The notes under the pieces are model-generated. The model ran no database searches. It saw only the letters and a list, made by a program, of their open reading frames with translations, and had not been told where the DNA came from. The position numbers were made by a program, and so were the translations under genes. Of a DNA stretch of 64,000 nucleotides, positions 53,685 to 64,000 are shown in pieces (the first letter of the stretch is position 1; the number at the start of each line of letters is the position of its first letter). The DNA comes from Antedon mediterranea (lineage: Eukaryota; Animalia; Echinodermata): positions 3,901,812-3,965,811 of the forward strand of contig NC_092675.1 of assembly GCF_964355755.1 (NCBI RefSeq), given 5' to 3'.

Positions 53685-54200
53685 TTATGGAAGGATATTA
53701 TAAGTTTCGTTGCGTTCTTTCCATGCAGTTGTTAAAAATAATTTACAATATTTGTCAAAGATGTTACTTGCTAATACATAGTTAATATTGTTTATACATT
53801 GGATTTGATATTCTTCATGAATTTCTAGGTCGTCAAAAAAAAGTTGATATTTAAGTTCAGGTGAGCTTGACGTGAATAAGTCCAATATTTTATGCAAATC
53901 ATTGTGGTATAGATCTTCTTTAAGTTGTTTAAATATTGAGTTTCTAATATTATTATTAATACTATTATTATTATATTAATCTAGTACAATTGAATACAAA
54001 ATGATAAATTGTTTCTTTTTCATCACAATTACGTAACAAACATGATCCTAAATTTTGTGGTGACCAAGCTTCCTTTCTTCCTTCGAGTGGTAATGAGTTA
54101 GAACGAGCTTTGAATTTTAGACTTGATGCATGGTAGCTACGTTTTTCCAATAAGTATTTTTCCATTTTAGATTCATTTTAATAATATTAAATTCTAACAT
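53685..54200 (-). pseudogene. Non-LTR retrotransposon (LINE) ORF2 C-terminal fragment, disrupted
   Basis: MEKYL...LKFKARSNSLPL...SCLLRNCDEKETIYHFVFNC is a decayed C-x2-C...ETxxH-x4-C zinc-knuckle-like motif, followed by ...LFLTTAWKERN. A (TAA/TTA)n tract interrupts it at about 53945-53978. Confidence 0.7.
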
Positions 54201-54660
54201 AGCATCCGTATTTTGCAAATATGTTCTTTTGACTTCTCAATTAAAAACAAGTCTTACCTAGTGAAGCACTTCTGCTATAAGGCTTTATGAGATTATACTT
54301 AATTTTGAAAGAACGAGATTATACTTATACTTTTTTGATATTGTTAAAGAACGTTCTAACTTAGTATAATTGATTTTCTTATCGACGAACAAAGTGTAAA
54401 GACAACTGAATGGACAGTTAAACATTAGAAAACAAATGAGTCAATAATATTAATAAATGTATATATTATTCATAATAGCTATCACTAATGTAATCATAAG
54501 ATAATTTATGCATCTAGATTAAAAAATAAGACTCTATTCTACAAATAATCACTCTACACAAGTGTCACTACAATAAATTTTTCCCGATAAACAAATCTAG
54601 GTATGAGATCACATATCAAAAAATACACAAACAAAATTAAAATAATTATATTATAATCAG

Positions 54661-54916
54661 CAGGGGCATATGAGGGGGTCTCCAGCATGGGAGTGTAATT
54701 TCTGGCAAAATAGAGGTGTCAATTACTATGAATTTTATGTGTGAGAGTACAATTTCCAACCACCTACGGGTGTCATTTACTTAAATTTGCTTCCTCTTGG
54801 CCCCCAACATAGGGCTGATAGGGGAAGACCTTTGTGCCTGTGGCTCAAATACTAAGTGGGGCACTTTTATTCTCTGGGTTTCACTATTTCAAAATCCTGG
54901 ATCCGATCCGATCCTG
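54661..54916. mobile_element. Decayed hAT-like MITE (CAGGGGC...AAATCCTGGATCCG..CCTG)
   Basis: GC-rich island starting CAGGGG and ending CCTG. The same terminus AAATCCTGGATCCGCC occurs at about 25064-25079. The flanks ATAATCAG/ATTATTCAG resemble a decayed TSD. Confidence 0.45.
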
Positions 54917-55293
54917 ATTATTCAGATGTTCTTCCCTACTCTGATGTAATTGTACTGTATACCTTACTCAGAACAATATTGTACATTTGGCACCCTGACG
55001 CAGTCTCTCCGAGCTCCTTAGTAGAAGTTTAACAATCAAAAGTTACAAATCAAAATTATAATTTTTGTTTAGTTTGAATGGTATACTTTGTTATGTTTAG
55101 AAAAAGATATATTAAATCTAATATTTAATATATTCTACTTATTTCAAAATCAATTTCATGACAATGTTTTATATTGAAAAATATCTATATTTAACCTTTG
55201 ACAAAAAGCACAATATAATTTCTTCACAATCAATATATTCAATGTAAACTCATTCTGTAGTATTATCACATAAAAAAAATGTATCATCCTTAC

Positions 55294-55352
55294 GTTCGTT
55301 CCAAGTTCATAATCAAAGCGGAAGGCCCGCTTCTATCTGACAGATTTGTCAT
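55294..55352 (-). other. Candidate short exon (minus strand)
   Basis: Long polypyrimidine tract (over 20 nt, T-rich, ending TTTTCAG) and donor AC|GTAAGG. The open frame is MTNLSDRSGPSALIMNLER. Confidence 0.35.
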
Positions 55353-57134
55353 CTGAAAAAAAAGAGAAGAAAAAAACGTAACCTATAAGAAAAGTTTAAG
55401 AGCGGTTCATTATCATTTTTCTTAAAAGCACCTGCCCATATTTGATTGAAAATAGTAAAGTGAATCTTTATAATGTACAATTGTACATAATGATTGATAG
55501 AAACATCATTACCATTTTCAAGGTTCTATCTCTAATTGCTTTTTACACAAAACACAGAATAGAGAAAAAAAAGTGATTTGTTTTAGATACAAATTGAATT
55601 GTTTGAAATGTAGATTTCAGAGATCTAATGATATTATTATTTTAAATACAAATTGAATTGTTTTAAATTTAAATGTTAAAATGTAATATAGCTTTTTCTA
55701 AAATCAATTACTAAATTGAAATAAAATAATGAATTCAAGATAGTTTTGTTAATTTTTCAAGGCTTATATGAGTTATTAATTGATTTAATGTTGGTTTGCA
55801 GAATAGCAAAAAGGGCATAATTGTAAACAATATTATTTTTTTTAGAATTTTTGTACAATTATACATTTTTTTGTCTGAAGGAAAGGGGAAGTTTTTTTTA
55901 ACTTTCGCTACAGTATCTTGATTTTGAAAAATTAATTATGAAATCAAAAATATTATGAAAACAAGCAACAAAATGTGTAGGATTTGTGTTTATTTATAAA
56001 AAAAACCATTTTAGATTTTATAACACATATGCCAAAAAAAACCTACTTTTGAAATGCTATAGCTCCTAGGCTACTATGACATTTTTAGAGATGCTCTTAC
56101 ACGGCTCATAATCTTAGGGCATTGAAATAACCAACATGCAAATACACGAGCATGTATACTAGAGGGCATATACTCACTGAGTGTGCGTGACTTTTATACT
56201 ATGGGTTAAACACAGCATCCGACACGGATTCAAGAAATCCCGACCTTATTTTGAATTCTACAAACCAAGAGGATGCATTTAGCCAGGGGATAGTGTTCAG
56301 AATAATTATTCCATGTTTGCATGGATTGTGTGCTTTCCATGATTAAACATTATCCATGTACTTATATGCACCATCGCAAATTACTGGCCACACATCAGCT
56401 TGTTATTTGTATTTCTCCAGAGTGTTTTATCAATACGTTTAACTTAGATGCAATGATGTTTGGTTTGCCGATGTTTAGATAGATGCTGCAAGACGTTTGC
56501 AGAAACAGGGCGATAGTCCTTTACAAGTTCAAGACGGTAATTAAAGTCCGTAACGACCTACAAAATATAATTTATCTAAATAGTTAACAAAGTATATGTT
56601 GCTAATTTTATTCAACTATTTTCATCAAATTTGTTAAGCATGTCACCATGAACAATGTACATTTTTATACGTTTTTCAATGAAATAAATATAAACATTAC
56701 ATACTTTAAATTATGTATTGTAATAATTAATATTACTACAATATAATTATCTTAGACATCTCTTTGACCTGAATGTTTAACATGTAAATATTACTGAGAA
56801 TTAGTAAAAGCATTGACAAATTGAAAAAACAAACATTTCATAGAAAAATGAAGTTCTAAAATAGCTTAAATACTGTGGAAAGTTAGGTGCCTCAGTCTGA
56901 ACAGAATGATTATCTGACAAGATTCAAGATTCAATTTATTATTCTCATCCAGTTCTGGAAATTCCATTGAAATGGTTTAGGAGCATGTATGTGTTGTACC
57001 CAAACCAAATAAGTACCACAGACGAGGTACAGTTTAGACAAATAAATACTGTGTAGAAAAAAATCAGTGCAAAAATTCATGTGCCACAGCAATTGAACAC
57101 GGTATTCTACATTGATTATTGCTAATATAAAAAT

Positions 57135-57640
57135 GTTTTTTTATTTATTTTATTTTTATTTTATTCAATCGAAACCAACAGCAAAAATTACCGCCACTAA
57201 CAGGTTTGATACAAACAAAGCCAGGACTGTTTAAAGCACCTTGATTGGTCCTAACATTTCATCAACTATTTCAAAATATGAAAATTAACCATTAACAACA
57301 CACAACTAAATAGTGAGTAATATTCTTACTCGATACGTTTCAACTTGGAAACAATCTAGACAACATTTTGAAATGGAAACTTTTGCTCGAAGCATTAGTC
57401 TGAAAACCTAGAACAAAATTTTGAAATCATGAATAAAACACCCAGATATTTTAACAAATTCATTTAGAACAAGCAATATAAATGAAATATGGATTCTGTT
57501 TGTTGTAGATAGCGAAGGTAGAATATTGTAATTGTATACACCGTATAAATGATAGGTTGATATTAAGTAAAATAATATGATAGTATTGTTCACAAGTTGT
57601 CTTCAAACAACTTTTAACAGAATTTATATTGTAATTAATG
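57135..57640 (-). pseudogene. Possible heavily decayed LINE remnant (RT thumb motif and A-rich tail)
   Basis: Minus-strand KYLGV near 57436-57452 is preceded by CEQY and followed by an A-rich tail at about 57135-57165. Frames are broken. Confidence 0.3.
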
Positions 57641-59010
57641 CCAAAAAGTGAAAAACAATATCTACAAAAATTCAATTTAAAGTGATGGAATTCGAAAAAT
57701 AAAACGGTTGCTGTGGGATAAAATCAAATATGTATATAATATTATCAGTAAGCAATATTATAAAGATATTATCATTAATATCCAATAGTAACACTTACTA
57801 ATATTAAATTACAAGTGGAAATCACAAGTTTTTAAAAATATTCTTAGACTTTGTTTGAAAAAAGTAATTAACATTAATAAAACTGTAAATACATTTTAAA
57901 ATATAACACAACTTGAAATGTGCTAAAAAGCAACAAAATTAAATATTTTTAATTATATTAAAACAAAAACCTAACATTCCACAATATTGCATTAATCACA
58001 AGATAAAAAAGAACAAAAGCTGAATTCGTAAATGGCAAATTTGTAAAGTATAATGGTAATAGTAGTAATGTGATTAAAGAAAGGATATAAAGTGTATCAA
58101 GAATACCGATTGCATTAAAAAACATTAAATTACATTTAGAAAAAAATATAATCTTTTTAAGTGGCTGGAAAAATTACATTAAATTGGATTTTAATGCGTT
58201 TTTGTAGTTAAAGTTCACTAGCTGTTTCGTAATGTTAAAATTGAACTTGAATCTAAACTGACGCTAACTGAGTTGAATGATAATTTCATTTAAAATATAG
58301 ATTAATTTAATGAATACATAAAAAACCAACATGCAATATCATCTAAAAAATAGGGACATTTTTTGATAATGTTTAAGTATATTTCTTTTTATTTTTGTAT
58401 TACAATTTCTGGATTGTAAGTCCAATCATTTACTGCAAGTAAAACATGATTTTTGGGGAATTAAAAGCCTATAAATGCCTGATCCTTTTCTTCCAAACCA
58501 CTGGCATAAAAATAATGCACTGCCACACAAAATACATTAAATCCGTGAGCCTTAGCCTAAAGTCCTCACATCCAAGTCACGTATATTAAACAACATGTCC
58601 ACAATTACAACGAACTAGCATAAATTTGAAAATATTTATGTATAGTAGTAATTATCATTCATGTCTCGTTCAAGCTGGTTCATCTTATGAGTTTAAAATG
58701 TTAAGATGGTTTTCTTCCCTCTGTTGAAGAATTTAGAGTAATTACGTCAGATACGTGACATAATCAACAAACAATTATTACGCAAATCTTGCATTTCATG
58801 TTAATTATCTTGGTTTGTTGAAATTAGGCTGGATTGGGTTTACATGCAATTTTATTTTCACTAAAGAAAATAAAATGTGTGGTAGTTATCTAATCAAAAG
58901 AATACTAGATAATTACAGTGATAAATACCATTGATAGAGCTTGATATTATCAAATTAAGCAAGTGTGAGACAGTGGAACTGCAATTACGTAGCTATAACA
59001 TATAAGCAAG

Positions 59011-59146
59011 GGTTCGAGGCTCACACGCTCCTTGGTTCTGGTGGTAGAACGAGTCTTCTCGAATAAGGACTATAAACCTTAGGTCAAGTGTACACATCTA
59101 GCTCATGTGTACTTTAAAGAACTTAGTACATTTTTTGAGACAAGTA
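59011..59146 (+). mobile_element. SINE family D fragment: B box followed by a Deu/Nin-like domain
   Basis: GGTTCGAGGC B-box-like motif, then TCTTCTCGAATAAGGACTATAAACC.TAGGTC...TTAAAGAACTTAGTACATTTTTTGAGACAAGTA. A second copy lies at 42990. Confidence 0.6.
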
Positions 59147-62100
59147 ATAGTACATCACAGCCACTGACTGGGCCCTCTAGGTCAATTCAATTCAACCATG
59201 TGCGACTATGCTCAAATGAAGTTCTGCACAGGAAGATGATTATGATAAACATGGTTGTTTCAGTACTTTATTCACTACCAATCTTGTCTACATGTCATCA
59301 CAATTAATTTTGTTATTTTAAGGAAAGGGTTTCTTGACTTTAAGCACACAATTTAATTTAAAAAGTTTTTAAATCGTTAATGATGTAACACTCACAAATT
59401 AACAAAATTGAAAGTTGCTGATTGAATTGGTGTACCCTTTTGCAGGATAACAATTTGAAATCATATCATTCAAAAAACAATTATAATTTTTTTTTAATAC
59501 AAAAAATGTCAAAAAATGTCAAAAGCAGTATAACTATATTTTTTTCAAATTTTTGAAATTTTATTATATCCTCAATAAATGTTACATTTTTTTAATGATG
59601 AAAATAAAAAATATATATGAACTGTTCATCTGCTTTTGAAAATCATCATGATAAAAAGCTTTATTTTGTAATGATTACTTATCCCTGTAAATGTAAGTAT
59701 TGAATAATTATAGAAAAACTGCCAGGAAGCATTCAATACAGAAAGCATTCAATACAGAAAGCAACTATCATTTAAATGTATAGCCATTTACTTGTTCAAT
59801 TAAATATTCAGATATGAAATAAACTGGTATAATTTGAATTGCAAATGTTTTGAAAATTGTCTGCCTAGGAGCATAAATCCATTTACAGAATCTTCATAAC
59901 CAGACAGATGTCAATGCCGGAACTACTTTTCTTCATGGCCAACCATGAAAATGTCAGTCGTTGTTATCGGTTTGCAAATGGCAAATGAAAAAACGGAGAA
60001 GCAAAGAAATTTACATCTTCTATTATTGTCAAATAAGATGTGTTTCATTATAATATATTTCAAAGTGACGAATACATAATAAATGAAGTTTAATTACGTA
60101 TGAATAAAATAAAAATAAATGTGGTTAGAAATGAAAGAAAGACAGTCTTCTACTTCCTCAAGGAAAGAATTAATTTTCTCATTTGTTTTCTTCTAAGCTT
60201 TTGTTTTAGATGAATCGCTTCTATCAACTTGGTAATAAATGTGTCTCACAACCTTTCAATTTGCAATGACCTACTGTAGGCCTACGCATGTGTTGGTGGT
60301 CGTCCACCAAAACTATGTCAATGAATCAGGTGTGTGTGGAAGTTTAACAAAGTTGTCGTATGCGCACAATCTATTAAGACAAATTATAGTTCTGAGAAAC
60401 ATCTATATGAGAATATGTGAATTGGGAAATAGAAAATTAAACAAAAATTATCCAAAAAAGTATTAAAAAATAAATAATAGACATTGATTATTGGTTAAGG
60501 TATATAGCTCATTAATAAATATTTTGTTGAATAAATTTTTCGGAATTTACTTTCAACAAAGTTACCAGAATGAATTAGAATTCACCTATAAAATTAATTC
60601 ATACTTATGAATGACATTAAAGTTTTGAATTTGAACTAAAGCAATTATATTAATATTTCTGATCTACAGTTTTACATACAAATCAGTTTACATCTGCTGA
60701 AGGTGTCGTAATCGATGACATCCAAAGTTGAAAAGGTTACAATTTTCTGATTCTGAAGGTGGTATCATGTTTTATAGAAGTAAATTGACAAGTAAAATCA
60801 CTTATCATTTTGAAAAGTTAAAGTAATGCAATATTTTAATGGTCAATTTTTTAGAAAATTAATCAGAATTTGACTTTTCTTTCAGTTTATGCAAATATGT
60901 ATTCAAGTATATATTGAAAAAGCACAGTTGTTGAAAATAATTCTATTACAGATCAGCACTTGAATTTAAATTGAAAATCCCATTTATACCATATTGTAAT
61001 TGAGTTTGAAAAAAAATTACATTACAATATTGCATTACAAATTTATGCAAATTGAAAAATGTGTTTTTAAAATTAAAATAAAGATCAGAAAAATTGAATA
61101 ATAGTTTAATTGCTGACAATAACTTTTGAATTAAAAATGTGATTCTGGCTTCTCTTTCCAAAAACAAATAATGCAATTTTATCAACTAATGAAGATAAAT
61201 AAATTAAAAACAAATTGTTATTGAATGTTTACCATAAGTAATAAAATAAAGATTTTATCTGTAAAAAATTACCAATTTCTTTGGAATTCAAAATACTATA
61301 ATTTTGTATTAGCTGGTGTACTGTACTCTAAACATACTGTATGTATCAACAATAATAAAGACTTTAAAAACTTTTGAATGATTAAGTAAGTTTTTCCTGC
61401 ATAGTTAGAGTTTGAAAATGCTTTAAAATCACTAGATGTTAAAACAGATGTTCCATTTTAACAGGGCAAATTGAAAGGACGAAATACATAGGAAAACACA
61501 GAATCCTGTTTATAGAAAGAATTGCAAAGGAATTCCAAATCAGAGTTGCTGAGAATAGAACTATTTGGACTGCCATAAAACCGCCAACGTTCTTGAAGGA
61601 GGCAAATGAAGAAGAAGAAAAAGAAGAATATAAACTAATATGTACAGTTTTGCAGATATGTATGACCACATCTTGGCATCACATCTGAAGGACAATAAAA
61701 TGAAACATCTTCTTTGCAGGACAAACTTAACCAGTACTTTTATAAATTAGATTCCCTAAACTACTTTAAACATTACAATTATATTGGACATAAATAGAAA
61801 CTACAGATTATTTTGCAATCTCTTCTGATATCATAAATCTGAAAAATACTCAATCTCTTAGCACTTAAGTTTACATCAATAATAATTCCCGTAAGATAGC
61901 TGGAAACCTATGTATAAAACATGAAATAATGATTTTTTTGTACACTTATAGTAATATTATTAGAAGCTGATGCAATTCAAAATAGTACATAAACACTGCA
62001 TATTGATTAAATAAGCATTAAAACGATTTGTTTCTATTCACAAGATTTCTTATATGCATATAAGTAAAATTATATAATATATAAAATGTGTGTAAGTATA

Positions 62101-62754
62101 AATATAACTGAATAAAAGGAAAGATTCCAGAGAATTTGATCTTTGAGTAGCAGTTTACAAAACCGGATAAAGAAAGAACAGAAAAAAGTAGACATAATTG
62201 GTTGGCATCATATTTTAAAAGAAACCTTTTAATCACAATTGACAATATTAAAGTCGTTTTAAACATTTGTTATAATAGAAAAAACGTTTAATTGAATGTA
62301 ATTTAATTCAATTTACATTATGTTTCAATTTGTTTATCATGATAATAAAACAGTAAAGGAGTCTTACTACATCAACTATTCTACCTTACGTAGTATGATT
62401 TTAAATTAATATATTTAGTAACTAAAAACGTTTAGAAACATCCATTTTCATTTTGCACATAAAATGAAGATAGCTTACTGTACTTTATAGCCATAAACAT
62501 CTACTTTAATTTAACCTATTAAAGTGTTGAGCTAAGATTTACTTGTAATGTTTCTTTGTGTCAGCTGTAGGGTTGAAATCAAAGTTTAATAGTGTACTTT
62601 TACCAAAGAGTTCATATAATTAAACACTAGAGGGTCAACTAGACGACAATAACATAAGGAGACAATGAGATAGAACATGGCTTGTTTATATGTTTGTCAA
62701 TAATAGTACAGTTTAAAAAAATCATTTTGCATATGAGGATCATGTAAAATGTGA

Positions 62755-63086
62755 TACAACACACACTGTTGAGGACAACATGCTGTTGAGGACAACACAC
62801 GTTGTGGTGGTATAACATGCTGTTGAGGTACAACACGCTAATGTGGTATAACACATGGTGTTGGTACAACACGCTGGTGGTGGTACAACATGCTGGTGGT
62901 GGTACAAGATGCTGTTGAGGTACAACACACGTTGTGGTGGTATAACATGCTGTTGAGGTACAACACGCTGGTGGTGGTACAACATGCTGGTGGTGGTACA
63001 AGATGCTGTTGAGGTACAACACGCTGGTGGTGGTACAACATGCTGTTGAGGTATAATATTCTGTTGAGGTACAACACATGGTACAA
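62755..63086. repeat. Composite minisatellite of 18-20-bp units (ACATGCTGTTGAGGTACA / ACACGCTGGTGGTGGTACA)
   Basis: Alternating related units. The block CAACACACGTTGTGGTGGTATAACATGCTGTTGAGG occurs twice, about 130 bp apart. Confidence 0.93.
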
Positions 63087-63140
63087 ACCTCTATGTTCCG
63101 AAACCTCGCACTGAGTATAAAAAACGTAGTATTTCTTATA

Positions 63141-63155
63141 GGGGGGGGGGGGGGG
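63141..63155 (+). repeat. Poly-G run (G15)
   Basis: Direct reading. Confidence 0.9.
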
Positions 63156-63455
63156 TTATAACTTGGAATAAACATAATATTGATATCAATAAGATGCCAC
63201 AATCTCTGAATGTATTCAAAACAAAAAATTGCAAACACATTTAAACTGGAAGCCTAATGCTGTATTATTTTATAAATTCTTTCTTTTAATGTTTTTTTTA
63301 TAAATGTGTATACACTGTATTATGTGTATATATTATATTACCTATCACGAACTTGTGGAAGAACACCTTTATTTTATGGTGAACGAGTTTTATATTTTGT
63401 ACTTTTGTATTTTATAATTTCGTGAATAAATAAAAATTTTTTTTTTTTTTTGTAA

Positions 63456-63563
63456 AACACACTGTTGTGTGGTGCAACACATGGTGTTGATACAACACAC
63501 TGGTGGTGGTACAACACACTGGTGGTGGTACAACACACTGGTGGTGGTACAACATGCTGTTGA
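63456..63563. repeat. Second block of the same minisatellite (ACAACACACTGGTGGTGGT x3 plus variants)
   Basis: A 19-bp unit related to 62755-63086. Confidence 0.9.
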
Positions 63564-64000
63564 AAAAGAAACTGAAACAAATTACTATATTGTGTGATTG
63601 CTCATACTTGACAAGACATCGAGTCTAGTTATTTAAAGTTCTCTTATTTAAAAACTAAACACAATTGAGTATTAAACCTAGTGAGATACATGTCACACTT
63701 TAAGCACACAGATTCAACTACCACAGTTTGTCTTTAGGCATAAGCAAATGAAAGTCAATGCTACCACTGTAGTTAAGAAAAAAAATCTGTACCATACTTA
63801 AGAGGACACAATTTGTGTGAACTGATGTTTGGTTTATTCAGTTCCTTGAAGTAGAAGTTTAGATTCAACAAACAAAAGTATCAAAGATTCAATATCCTAT
63901 GATGGAAAATAAAAATTCATGTTCAAATCAGACCTTTTTAAAAAACTATATTTCTTTATAGAACCAAGTGAATGAATGATTTTTGTATTGAACATGTTAA

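Noticed and set aside
62639-63238. 199-aa Cys/Thr-rich ORF resembling a metallothionein- or mucin-like protein
   Set aside because: It derives from the 18-20-bp minisatellite and poly-G. Several frames are open and give shifting repeats.

Overview
Very AT-rich eukaryotic DNA that is essentially non-coding. It looks like a large intron or intergenic region of an animal genome; a marine invertebrate such as an echinoderm is an inference from the repeat types and is not proven. I find no credible intact protein-coding gene, rRNA, true tRNA or CRISPR array. The long ORFs in the track come from microsatellites and minisatellites. The window contains: (i) at least nine unrelated tandem arrays (a 1.8-kb compound (GAT)n, and 16-, 18/19-, 19-, 21-, 23-, 60-, 63/86- and 104-bp units); (ii) an exact 600-bp tandem duplication; (iii) eight copies of one Tourist/Harbinger-like MITE; (iv) a near-intact Helentron-type non-autonomous element (HINE/DINE-1 architecture); (v) Kolobok-, pogo- and hAT-like MITE remnants; (vi) tRNA-derived and Deu-like SINE fragments and decayed LINE pieces; (vii) a candidate minimal hammerhead ribozyme of the Penelope-associated type with a U3-A8 core variant; and (viii) a tentative chain of short minus-strand exon-like segments. 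No novel multi-gene system is supportable. Family assignments rest on structural hallmarks recalled from the literature, not on database searches.
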